Part shown: positions 54,584 to 64,000 of the stretch, one piece after another | Position numbering within the stretch: the stretch's first letter is position 1 | How the letters are laid out: each line of letters begins with the position of its first letter | Assembly: GCA_977020255.1 (NCBI GenBank) | Contig: CDROCS010001869.1 | Coordinates: 186,001-250,000 of the forward strand | Direction: 5' to 3' | DNA length: 64,000 bases | DNA from: Obrimoposthia wandeli | Taxonomy: Eukaryota | Made by a program: the position numbers and the translations under genes | Notes under the pieces: model-generated | What the model was told of the DNA's origin: nothing | The model's input: only the letters and a program-made list of their open reading frames with translations | Databases searched by the model: none

Positions 54584-55071
54584 TCAGGACGACAGCGGTT
54601 GCTGCTTCTTTTTCATTCTCTTCTTCTTGTTGTCCTTCTTGGTCTTCTTGATAGGCTCAGAGGATCCTGTTTCTGCCACCGCCGCCTTCGATGTCGTCTT
54701 CCTAGCGAAGAAGGGTACTGGATTTCGGTGGCTAGTGGAGGGTTTATCTTGGTGATCACTGGGCCTCCCCAGCACTGGAATGGAGAAGGAGATCACATCC
54801 TCGGGGAGAGCAGTGAAAGTGGCCACACCATTGCCAGATGAAGGCTGAGGTCTGAGTAGCGCGGCAGATGAATGACTGCTGATACTGAACCGGGCTGTGC
54901 TCGTCCAGATTTGGACAGCCCGACGAGAGGCACTCTCACTGTCAGGCTCCTTGGCCGGAGGACGATTCGCTTTGGAAATTGGCGGCTTAAGGAGCTTTTT
55001 GATGCGGTTACGCAGAAGATCCAGCTGCAGTTGCAGCAGTGACTTTGTGTGATCACTGATGTCGCTGGCGT
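54584..55071 (-). CDS. Terminal exon of an unidentified host gene (basic, low-complexity tail); 5' end in the gap
   Basis: GC-rich open frame of ~160 codons ending ...KKKRMKKKQQPLSS*; composition like the ABCA exons. Confidence 0.7.
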
Positions 55072-55685
55072 NNNNNNNNNNNNNNNNNNNNNNNNNNNNN
55101 NNNNNNNNNNNNNNNNNNNNNNNNNNNNNNNNNNNNNNNNNNNNNNNNNNNNNNNNNNNNNNNNNNNNNNNNNNNNNNNNNNNNNNNNNNNNNNNNNNNN
55201 NNNNNNNNNNNNNNNNNNNNNNNNNNNNNNNNNNNNNNNNNNNNNNNNNNNNNNNNNNNNNNNNNNNNNNNNNNNNNNNNNNNNNNNNNNNNNNNNNNNN
55301 NNNNNNNNNNNNNNNNNNNNNNNNNNNNNNNNNNNNNNNNNNNNNNNNNNNNNNNNNNNNNNNNNNNNNNNNNNNNNNNNNNNNNNNNNNNNNNNNNNNN
55401 NNNNNNNNNNNNNNNNNNNNNNNNNNNNNNNNNNNNNNNNNNNNNNNNNNNNNNNNNNNNNNNNNNNNNNNNNNNNNNNNNNNNNNNNNNNNNNNNNNNN
55501 NNNNNNNNNNNNNNNNNNNNNNNNNNNNNNNNNNNNNNNNNNNNNNNNNNNNNNNNNNNNNNNNNNNNNNNNNNNNNNNNNNNNNNNNNNNNNNNNNNNN
55601 NNNNNNNNNNNNNNNNNNNNNNNNNNNNNNNNNNNNNNNNNNNNNNNNNNNNNNNNNNNNNNNNNNNNNNNNNNNNNNNNNNNNN
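55072..55685. other. Assembly gap (614 N)
   Basis: Run of n. Confidence 1.
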
Positions 55686-55842
55686 CTGGTAGCAGCAGTA
55701 CTCAAGCAACTTAGCAATGGTCACACTAAGACCAATGGCACCCCCAATACAAATAAATGCACTGAGGATCATAGGAAATGCCACAGGTGTTGGTGTGATT
55801 GTCTGGGGCAATATGGGTGTGCTGAGCACACTCCGGCTAGCT
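55686..55842 (-). CDS. Exon with one predicted transmembrane helix, probably the same gene as 54584-55071
   Basis: LPQTITPTPVAFPMILSAFICIGGAIGLSVTIAKLLEYCCYQ; acceptor uncertain (GAGCAG near 55843). Confidence 0.55.
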
Positions 55843-56769
55843 GCTCACATTATCAAAGCGATTTCTAAAAATCTCAATTATAATTTGGGTAAAATATATC
55901 AAACTAAGAAAAAACAAAATATGTGATTATACATTTTATTTAGAGAAACTTTAATAATTTTATTTCCTCACATAACGTAATAATATACTAATATAAAATT
56001 GTCATTTTATTAATATACTTTAACTGTTTTAATTATGTTGCATCCTATGAAGAAACTAAATGTAGAAAGTAACATGATTGTCTAGTCCTTCAAATAACCT
56101 TCGAGAATAAAGGGTAAAATTAAAATTTATGTTTTAAAAAAATTAATTATGGGACCTTAAAAGTCTTAAGAATATGTATTCAAGCTAATAAAAGTGTGGG
56201 GGAAAAGGCCATGGAAGAAACATAATTGAGAGAAGCGAATTACTTCAAGTAAAGTTCGAAGATTAAAATCTGTGAAATTAACAGACACTGTGAAATTCAG
56301 ACCAGAATCGATCGAGGACAATTGGTGAGGAGATTGATTTGTTACCGGGCTTTTGACAAATAGGTATAAAAAGCGCGATCCATACAAATTTAGAGGACAA
56401 TTTTTCAGACAATATACGAGAAAAGAGCTAGCAAACAGAGTTTGAAAGAACGCAGAGACAATCGGAAGGATAAAGAGAACTCAAATCTAATCAAGCATTG
56501 AGACGCTGATTAGAAGACCATACTAGTCGTTTCCATTAATTAAATGACTTTTCAAAATTCAATATTCAATTATTATTATTTACAATATTTAAACAAATTT
56601 TGAGAAACTTCCACTTTGTATATTCTAGCCCACATCCATTATAATATTTAATTAAAATGTCATGTGAATAACTTTTATATATTTAAATTTTAGTTATCAA
56701 AAATTACATTCTTCTCAACCTCCTTATTCCCCCTCTTTTTTAAAATGTTTGATCTTTTCCACATTCCGT

Positions 56770-57786
56770 ATAATTTGCTTTTTTTCGATAATTTAGTAAG
56801 GTCCTTCGTAACGGTCTTCATCTTTGTTTTGAACTTCTTTCTTAACCCAGACATATTCACCTATCTGAAATGTGATCCGAGTCTCTTCTTCCTTTTCGTG
56901 GCTCCCCTCCTTTAATCTGTCTCTTATTTTAAGTCGATCTGTATCATTATCATTGAACCATTTTAATCTATAAATTTTTTTTCCAAAAACTATATCTGCC
57001 GGGCTGACTCCTATTGTCTTTTGTTTCGTTGTGTTAACCGTAAATTCCACCTCCGGTAATATCTCTGCCCAACTTGTTAAGTTCCTTTCTTTCATACTCT
57101 TATCGTCCTCGACTGTCTTTCTACCATTCCGTTTGTATTGTGGTGATACAGGTTTGAGAAAATTAAATTGATACCTTTTTCTTTCATCGGATCTCTTACT
57201 TTCTTTGCCTCAAAACATTTTCCGCAGTCAACGTAAATCTCCCTTTGTGCCAAATTTAAGAATCCAACTTTTTAGTATCGTTTCTATAACTGTATCTTCG
57301 TCTTGTCGTTTGATAGCTGTTAGCACTATATATTTGCTATGGTGGTCTATCATTGCCATAATATATTTTTATATTTTTTACTGTCTCTTTCTGCGGACCA
57401 CAAATGTCTATGTATATTTTTTCAAACAATTTTTCGACCAACTTGTGGTCATTTTTATCGTTTTTTGTTGTTCTGGTTGTCATTGTTTTTGTCAGCTGGC
57501 ATTCTGAAATTATCACTTTTACTGTCTTCTTACATTCTTCCATTTCAAATTTATCTTTTATGTATTCAGATACCTTTTCTGCTCCTGCATGACATAGTAG
57601 TCTGTGTGTTTGCGTGATAAATTATCTTCTCTTTTCTTTCATGACCCATTCTTTTCTTCCTTCCTTGGTCTGACATCGGGGTGTCACCGCCAGTATTTTG
57701 GTTTTTATCTTTTCGGTTTTAGCTTCTTTGTGTGTTGTTAAATATTTGGTACAAGTTCTTCTTGACATAATGTCGGCATTACTATG
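56770..57786 (-). mobile_element. Ty3/Gypsy integrase remnant, truncated by the Polinton terminus
   Basis: FEKIYIDICGP, MIDHHSKYIVL, RQDEDTV..WILKFG, NGMVERQ, GVSPADIVFG, RYEGPY. Confidence 0.9.
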
Positions 57787-57793
57787 AGTAGGT

Positions 57794-58000
57794 AGAAGGA
57801 TGGAGTCTAGACCACTTGACCCCACCCCCTAAAGGGTGTCACACCATAAGGATGTCTTGCCACACCATAAGGGTATATGTTGCCTCACCTATGGTGAGGC
57901 AACATATACCCTTATGGTGTGGCAAGACACCATTATGGTGTGACACCCTTTAGGGGGAGGGGGAGGGAGGGGGGTCAAGTGATCTAGTCTCCACCCTTCT
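57794..58000. repeat. Terminal palindrome with ~100-bp arms and a 3-nt loop (57890-57892)
   Basis: Innermost 37 bp perfectly complementary, a further 25 bp perfect after a short mismatch, outer 25-30 bp with 3 mismatches after a G-rich bulge. Confidence 0.97.
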
Positions 58001-58296
58001 TTGATATACCACTATGGTCGTCCATAATTCAAAAGGTCAAGTGATCTAGTCTCCACCCTTCTTTGATATACCACTATGGTCGTCCATAATTCAAAGGGTC
58101 AAGTGATCTAGTCTCCACCCTTCTATTGGCTAACCACTAAAGGGTTGTGGTCGTCCATAATTCAAAGGGTCAAGTGGTCTAGTCTCCACCCTTATTTGAT
58201 ATACCACTATGATCGTCCATAATTCAAAAGGTCAAGTGATCTAGTCTCCACCCTTCTTTGATATACCACTATGGTCGTCCATAAATCAAAGGGTCA
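57973..58296 (+). repeat. 62-bp tandem array, 5 units
   Basis: GGTCAAGTGATCTAGTCTCCACCCTTCTTTGATATACCACTATGGTCGTCCATAATTCAAAA; unit starts spaced 62, 62, 71, 62, 62. Confidence 0.97.
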
Positions 58297-58384
58297 AGGT
58301 CAGTTTTGACTTGAAACTTTGAAGGTATAATTAAGGTCATGTGAAAGTGCACACTTAAAAGTTAAGGAATGTATGACGTAATCA

Positions 58385-58630
58385 TACACACACTATTCTA
58401 TGTGAAAATCAAGGCTAAAGTTCACTCTTATCAGTTAAGAAATGTGGTTTTTAACACACACACACTATTCTATGTGAAAATCAAGGCTAAAGTTCACTCT
58501 TATCAGTTAAGGAATGTGGTTTTTAACACACACACACTATTCTATGTGAAAATTTAGACTAAAGTTCACTCTTATCAGTTAAGGAATGTATTACGTAATC
58601 ATACACACACTATTCTATGTGAAAATTTAG
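58385..58630 (+). repeat. 72-bp tandem array, ~3.3 units
   Basis: CACACTATTCTATGTGAAAAT...AAAGTTCACTCTTATCAGTTAAGGAATGT; spacing 72, 72, 73. Confidence 0.95.
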
Positions 58631-58889
58631 ATCAAAATTTTTTTTCCTAGGCTTATACATTTATAGAATTATGATAAAATTTCTTTAAATAACTTCAATT
58701 ATATATTAAAATAAAAAATAAAATAAGAAAGAAGTCAGAGAATAATACAAAATTAAACACATTTATTATGTAATTTCATAATATAATCTTCAAACTTAAG
58801 TGAATAACATTTACAAAGTAAGAAAGTTCATTCTTTATACATTCTTTTCGTTTCAACGACTAAGTTACAACGGAATTAATAGAAAAAGG

Positions 58890-60200
58890 AAAAAAAAAAC
58901 AACAACACTAAGTTTAACGCTATGAATGAAAATTAGTAAAAATATTAATTTATTTGAATATTTGAATGAGAGTTTGAATAAATGAGAGTTAGAATGAATG
59001 TAAATGAATAAAATTATGCATGCAAGTATGAATGTAATTTACAAGTAAGAGTCTTAGCAAGTGAATGTAATTTTAAAATAAGAGTGTCGATAGTTTGATT
59101 GAATACAAGTATAATTTAGACTATAAGTAAATTAAAATAGAGTTTTCGTTGAATAAATTATAGTTAGATTGAATGCAAATGAATACAAGTATGAAAACAA
59201 GTATGAATGCTAGTATGAATGTCAATACAAGTAAGTGTCTTAACAAGTGAATGTAATTTAAAAATAAGAGTGTCGATAGTTTGATTGAATACAAGTGTAA
59301 TTTAGACTATAAGTAAATTAAAATAGAGTTTTCGTTGAATAAATTATAGTTAGATTGAATACAAGTATGAATGCAAGTGAATGCTAGTATGAATGTCAAT
59401 ACAAGTAAGTGTCTTAACAAGTGAATGTAATTTAAAAAATAAGAGTGTCGATAGTTTGATTTAATGCAAGTGTAATTTATACTATAAGTAAATTAAAATA
59501 GAGTTTTCGTTGAATAAATTATAGTTAGATTGAATGCAAAGAATGCAAGTATGAAAACAAGTATGAATGCTAGTATGAATGTCAATACAAGTAATTGTCT
59601 TAACAAGTGAATGTAATTTAAAAAAATAAGAGTATCGATAGTTTGATTTAATGCAAGTGTAATTTAGTCTATAAGTAAATTAAAATAGAGTTTTCGTTGA
59701 ATAAATTATAGTTAGATTGAATGTAAATGAATACAAGTATGAATGCAAGTGAATGCAAATACTAGTAAGTCTTAGCAAGTGAATGTTATTTTAAAAAAAA
59801 ATAATAATAAGATATCGAGAGTTTGATTGAATGCGAGTGTAATTTAGACAATAAATAAATTAAAATAGATTTTTCATCATGTTGAGTTACAGTTAGACTA
59901 ATAACAAGTAAGCAACTATAGGAAGCAGTGATATTGAAGTATGTTAAAAATTAGAACGACTAAGTTATGGCAAGATTAATAGAAAACAACACCAAATTTG
60001 ACAGTATGAATGAAAATTAGTAAAATATTAATGTATTTGAATGTAATTGAAAGATAGTTTGAATAAATTACAGATAGATTGAATGTAAATGAATGCAAGT
60101 ATGATTGAATGCAGGGTCAAGTACAAGTAAGAAAGAATACGCAATATGCAAGTACGAATGTCAATTATGAATGAAAATTAGTAAATATATTAATGAATTT
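58890..60200 (+). repeat. GAATGCAAGT-rich array with ~180-bp higher-order units (about 4 units, 59060-59830)
   Basis: AAGTGAATGTAATTTAAAATAAGAGTGTCGATAGTTTGATT recurs about every 175-185 bp. Confidence 0.92.
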
Positions 60201-61169
60201 GAATAATTAAAATGTCTTATCTCGTTTGATAAAATTCCTTAATTGAAATATTTTAAAATAATTAGTTAAATTTAAATTCTTTATTTTTAAATAACTTGAT
60301 TATACAATTATATTCGTAAATATAATTGAAATTATCATTATTCGTTTCTCTTTATAACTATTCGAAACTGTTTTTATATATACAAATTTTGTAAATTAGT
60401 TCAACAAACAATTTTTTTAATTACTTGATATTTTTGCCATTGTATTATTAATATAATATGAATATTCAATTTATTTCTTCAAAAATTCATTTTATATGTT
60501 AAATAATATTTCTTTACCACATTATTGTGGTTTTTATCAAGTGATTTTAACCTTAAACTATAAAAATATTTTAATTATAAAGTTAGTATCTGTACCGCGT
60601 CCACTGCATATAACATAAATTTCAAATATAAAGTACTATTAAGTTTATTATTTCAAATAGTAAATGTTTTTTCGAGTTATTTAATTTTGTTTACTAGACA
60701 TTCGAAAATTGACTTGTAAACATAATATTTTTTTTTGTTTGTTGCATATTTTCAGTTTAATATGTTGTAAGTTATTTGAACTTGTGTACTTGTACAAAAT
60801 TTATAGATATTTCAATAATTAAAAGCGATATAAAAGTTAATTATCAAATAATAAATAAAAAATAGTTAAATTAAATCTAATTTATGATATTACAATGCTA
60901 AATTCTTCTTTAAAACCAATGTTTAACATGAAATACTTAAAATCAATGGTTTTTTTTTTTTAAAAGTAACTTTATTTAAAACGTATAGGTATATGATTGA
61001 TATAATACAATACTAAACTAATGTAAATTTCAGTTATGAGTTGTTCAACTATGAATATTTTTAACTTATTTCTTGATTTTTACAACATTTCGAATAGTTT
61101 ACTTAATAATCATAATATTAATGATTTGTACATTTATCACTTACTGAATACGATTGGTTATATTATAAT

Positions 61170-62131
61170 TCAATAGTTTCCTCAAATGGGATGTAATTAC
61201 TGAGCATAGAGAGTGTGTCAGTAAATATACCCCTTTTTTAAATGAATTGCAGTATCATGGAATAGATTTTACTGTTAAATTAACTGCGATATCAAGATTT
61301 GAACATCTTAATAACTTGAGTATTAATGTATTCAAATATAATACTGATATCCCAGTTAATGTAACAGATGAAGAAATTTTTAAAAATCCTTTTGTAGATT
61401 TAATTTATAGGAGCAAAAATGAGGGGACTCAGGTCAACTTAATTTTGCTCGAACATAATAAAAAATTCCATTATGCTGCAATTCCCAATGCAGATGACTT
61501 GGTAGCAGTGTTATTAGGAAAACAGAGTATTTGTCTCGATCAACCGAGTTATATAGGTCAAATGGTTTTAGACATTTCTAAACTCAGAATGTATGAGCTT
61601 CAATACATAGAATTGGAGAAATACCGACAAGAATTTAATTGTGAGATCAAAATCGCGGCTGGAGACACTGGCTCTTTCTTTTTAGAATGTAGGAATGTTA
61701 GTTTAAATAATCAATTATTACCAGCAATGTTTAGGGACAACTTACTAGATACCCATAAATATCCCGCAAACCATCTTCTACACTCTATGAGTTTAAAGGA
61801 CATTATCGGGAAATTTAAGGATGAAAGCGAGGGACAGGTTTCGTATGATGATTGTATTTTCCTACGCCCTAAATGCTACAGTTTATATGCATCTAATAAT
61901 ACATGTTCAATGAGAGCAAAGGGTGTGGGAAGAAACAATCTTACACATGAGGCCTACCGGAAAGTTTATGATACTGGGTGTATTGAAAGCGTTGAGCAAA
62001 CTAGATTTATTTCAAGAGCCCATCAACTGTATTCCCATAAATCAACCAAAATCGCTTTGAGTAGTAATGACGACAAGCGCTTTTGGGTAGAAAAGAACGC
62101 TAGCCTGGCTTATGGACACTTCAGAATTTAA
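61170..62131 (+). pseudogene. polB: Protein-primed family B DNA polymerase, 5'-truncated and internally deleted
   Basis: VSKY..LQYHGIDFTVKL..ISRFEHLNNLSINVF..VNLILL..HY (N-terminal region) is fused to LVAV..DQPSYIGQMVLDISKLRMY, GDTGS, GKFKDE, LRPKCYS, RAKGV, LSSNDDKR, LAYGHF (C-terminal region). Confidence 0.92.
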
Positions 62132-62392
62132 ACGGTTTTCATTTTTTGATTTTTTTAGTTTAGTTTTTTAATATTTTAGATCCCTATGGCACCTCGACTC
62201 TAACTTATTTGTTATTTCAATACTTTTTTAGGATGGACCTTATCTTTGCTGACATATCTCATTGTGATGTTGTGATTAATAAATGTATTAAAAAAAATTG
62301 TCTTATGTCTTTTATTATTTTACCCTTATATTTTTAGAGATTTAAAAAATAATTTAAAATAAAACATTAAAAATATTTATTTTTATAACACA

Positions 62393-62771
62393 CTAATCGT
62401 TTTGCAACGATAACCATAAAATACATAAATGTCCACAGTTTCTCGTCGCAGGATCCTGATATTGTATCTTGTTGTAAAATACTCTTCTTCGTCCTTTTTG
62501 AATAGTCGAAACAAGTTAGTGTGGATAATACATTGCAAGTGGATCAAATACATGTATTGTCCACTCTAACATAAATAGCTATCCAATGTTCTCCTGGTAA
62601 ATTCGAAGTATGAGTATTGATAATGTAACCTCCAGATTGAAAAAATGGAATCATATCAATAGGATAAACTCCATTGAATTTATCACCCAGGACCTTCTCT
62701 GCTGATTCTTTTACTTGTTTTGAACTAAATAAAAATTAATAAATATAAATTTAAAATATGTCTTACTCCAT
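62393..62771 (-). pseudogene. Adenain-type protease with a canonical 42-nt intron (62766-62725); one frameshift and one nonsense codon
   Basis: ATGGA|GTAAGA...TTTAG|T gives MDSKQVKESAEKVLGDKFNGVYPID...[16 protein letters not shown]; later HVFDPL and YQDPATRNCGHLC; not in the ORF track. Confidence 0.9.
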
Positions 62772-62772
62772 T

Positions 62773-63999
62773 CTATAATATGACAGTTCTGTTTTTATTG
62801 ATTTGTATTTCCGAATCAAATACTCCGTAAATAAGCACCGTAGTAGGATTTGTTAAAGCTGCATTGAACTTAATTTCTAGTCGTAAATTTCCATCCTTTG
62901 GTAGTTGGCATTGGTTTATATCAAAGTCTGGTGTCAAAACAAATGTGAAGAACGGGCAGCTGTTTTTAAAGTCAGTGAAATAAATACCATTGTTTATATT
63001 TTTATCTAGTTGACCCAAATTTCGAATAATAGATTGGGTATAAGCCAAAGCATAAGCGTTACCTTCGAAATCTGTTTTATATGTTTCACGATAATCAGTA
63101 TTTCTTGAAAGTGTCACTGAACCAACATTAAGATTGTCAAATTGAGTTGCATCTGTCGTATAATTTCCTTGAAACTTTGCAGTTTTTTGAAAAGAAATTA
63201 AAATGAATTTCGGTAATCTTACATCACCAAAAATTTGATCCTTATTAAAAGCTTGTGTACCCGTACCTAAAGAATAAGATATAAGTTTAGTTTCTCTAAT
63301 AGGATAACAAGCATTGTTTTTTTCCATTCCTATATTATGTGCCATTAAAACTGATTGCTCGGTTTTAACTCTTCGAACATACAATTTTGCATCCAAAATA
63401 TCAAGTCTAGGTTTTAGAATGTCCGTGCTTATCAAAGAAAAATTCCATTTATTACGTTTCAAACGAAGATGTACATTAACACCGGGAATTAAATATTTCG
63501 GTTGTTCAAAGAAATTCAATCTCAAAGACCCACACATTTCGTAAGCTTTAGAACCTGCAATCCATTCTTTGCGAGTTGCATCAGTTTTATCATAACCAAT
63601 GGTTGCCAAATTAGTATTTTGAGTATCAGTACTATAATTCAAAAGACTTTCAATCAAAGCTTTATGAGCATAGGAAGAAGTTTTACCTTCAATTTTGACA
63701 TTATTAAGAGTAACAATGGCATCATTAAATAAAGAATTAAATAGGTAATTTACAGGTGTTACATCGGCATTTTCATCTAAATTAGTACCATCCCGATTTA
63801 ATACTTTTATTTGAACATAAAGCAAAGTATCATTCAAATCTAAATACTCGCTATTGGAACCATTAATATTAAATTCTAAATCGGTTAAAGTGGTTCCTGA
63901 AACTGAGTTAACAAGGAATATTTCTTCAAAGGAAGCATTATCTACAACTACTTGTGGAAGCGGTTTATCAAAAATACATAATTCAGTTTTGGCGCAACT
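62773..63999 (-). CDS. Polinton/adintovirus major capsid protein (double jelly-roll), open frame, 5' end just beyond the window
   Basis: Frame is open from 63999 (SCAKTELCIFDKPLPQ...EYLDLNDT), through [14 protein letters not shown] and GNLRLEIKF, to the TAG at 62773; 408 codons plus stop in the window. Confidence 0.95.
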   Translation of the reverse strand, partial: SCAKTELCIFDKPLPQVVVDNASFEEIFLVNSVSGTTLTDLEFNINGSNSEYLDLNDTLLYVQIKVLNRDGTNLDENADVTPVNYLFNSLFNDAIVTLNNVKIEGKTSSYAHKALIESLLNYSTDTQNTNLATIGYDKTDATRKEWIAGSKAYEMCGSLRLNFFEQPKYLIPGVNVHLRLKRNKWNFSLISTDILKPRLDILDAKLYVRRVKTEQSVLMAHNIGMEKNNACYPIRETKLISYSLGTGTQAFNKDQIFGDVRLPKFILISFQKTAKFQGNYTTDATQFDNLNVGSVTLSRNTDYRETYKTDFEGNAYALAYTQSIIRNLGQLDKNINNGIYFTDFKNSCPFFTFVLTPDFDINQCQLPKDGNLRLEIKFNAALTNPTTVLIYGVFDSEIQINKNRTVIL

Positions 64000-64000
64000 C

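Larger units (their letters stand above)
57787..64000. mobile_element. Polinton/Maverick (adintovirus-like) element, left part
   Basis: 5'-AGT terminus (homology with the copy ending at 3812 starts exactly here), ~2.7 kb of structured non-coding DNA, then pPolB (+) convergent with capsid and protease (-). Confidence 0.92.

Noticed and set aside
54584-55868. Long ORFs of 221-377 aa in the track
   Set aside because: They run through 614 Ns; length and frame across the gap are meaningless.
3812-57787. One giant 54-kb element bounded by the two matching termini
   Set aside because: The termini face outward from the interval (each element extends away from it) and the 6-bp flanks differ (TACAAA vs ACTATG), so they are separate insertions.
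57973-58630. CRISPR-like look of the 62-bp and 72-bp arrays
   Set aside because: Whole units repeat with no unique spacers, the context is eukaryotic, and there are no cas genes.

Overview
AT-rich eukaryotic (most likely animal) genomic DNA with GC-rich exons in very AT-rich introns; the organism cannot be named from sequence alone. The backbone is the C-terminal half of an ABCA-subfamily ABC transporter gene on the + strand (16 phase-compatible exons, 5092-47265; second TMD, NBD2, stop codon), with Gln in place of the NBD2 H-loop His. A second, unidentified single-pass membrane protein gene converges on it from the - strand (54584-55842, split by a 614-N gap). Four Polinton/Maverick (adintovirus-like) segments are present: (i) a gene-less terminal segment at <1-3812, probably a mini non-autonomous element; (ii) an ATPase plus core-protein fragment at 7150-8080; (iii) a decayed copy at 39240-44750 (protease, capsid, RING and TBP-like genes, interrupted by a Gypsy); (iv) a copy starting at 57787 with a long structured terminus, an internally deleted pPolB, a protease pseudogene and an intact major capsid ORF running off the window. 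The most notable signals are 33-42 nt GT-AG micro-introns in the viral genes (the protease intron sits at the same position in two divergent copies and its retention gives a stop at codon 3), a TBP-like and a RING gene inside a Polinton, and a ~100-bp-arm terminal hairpin with iterons and a G-quadruplex motif. The rest is decayed BEL/Pao, Gypsy, piggyBac, mariner/Tc1, pogo, Chapaev, MULE and CR1 remnants, plus two locally templated insertions. All alignments and motif calls were made by eye.
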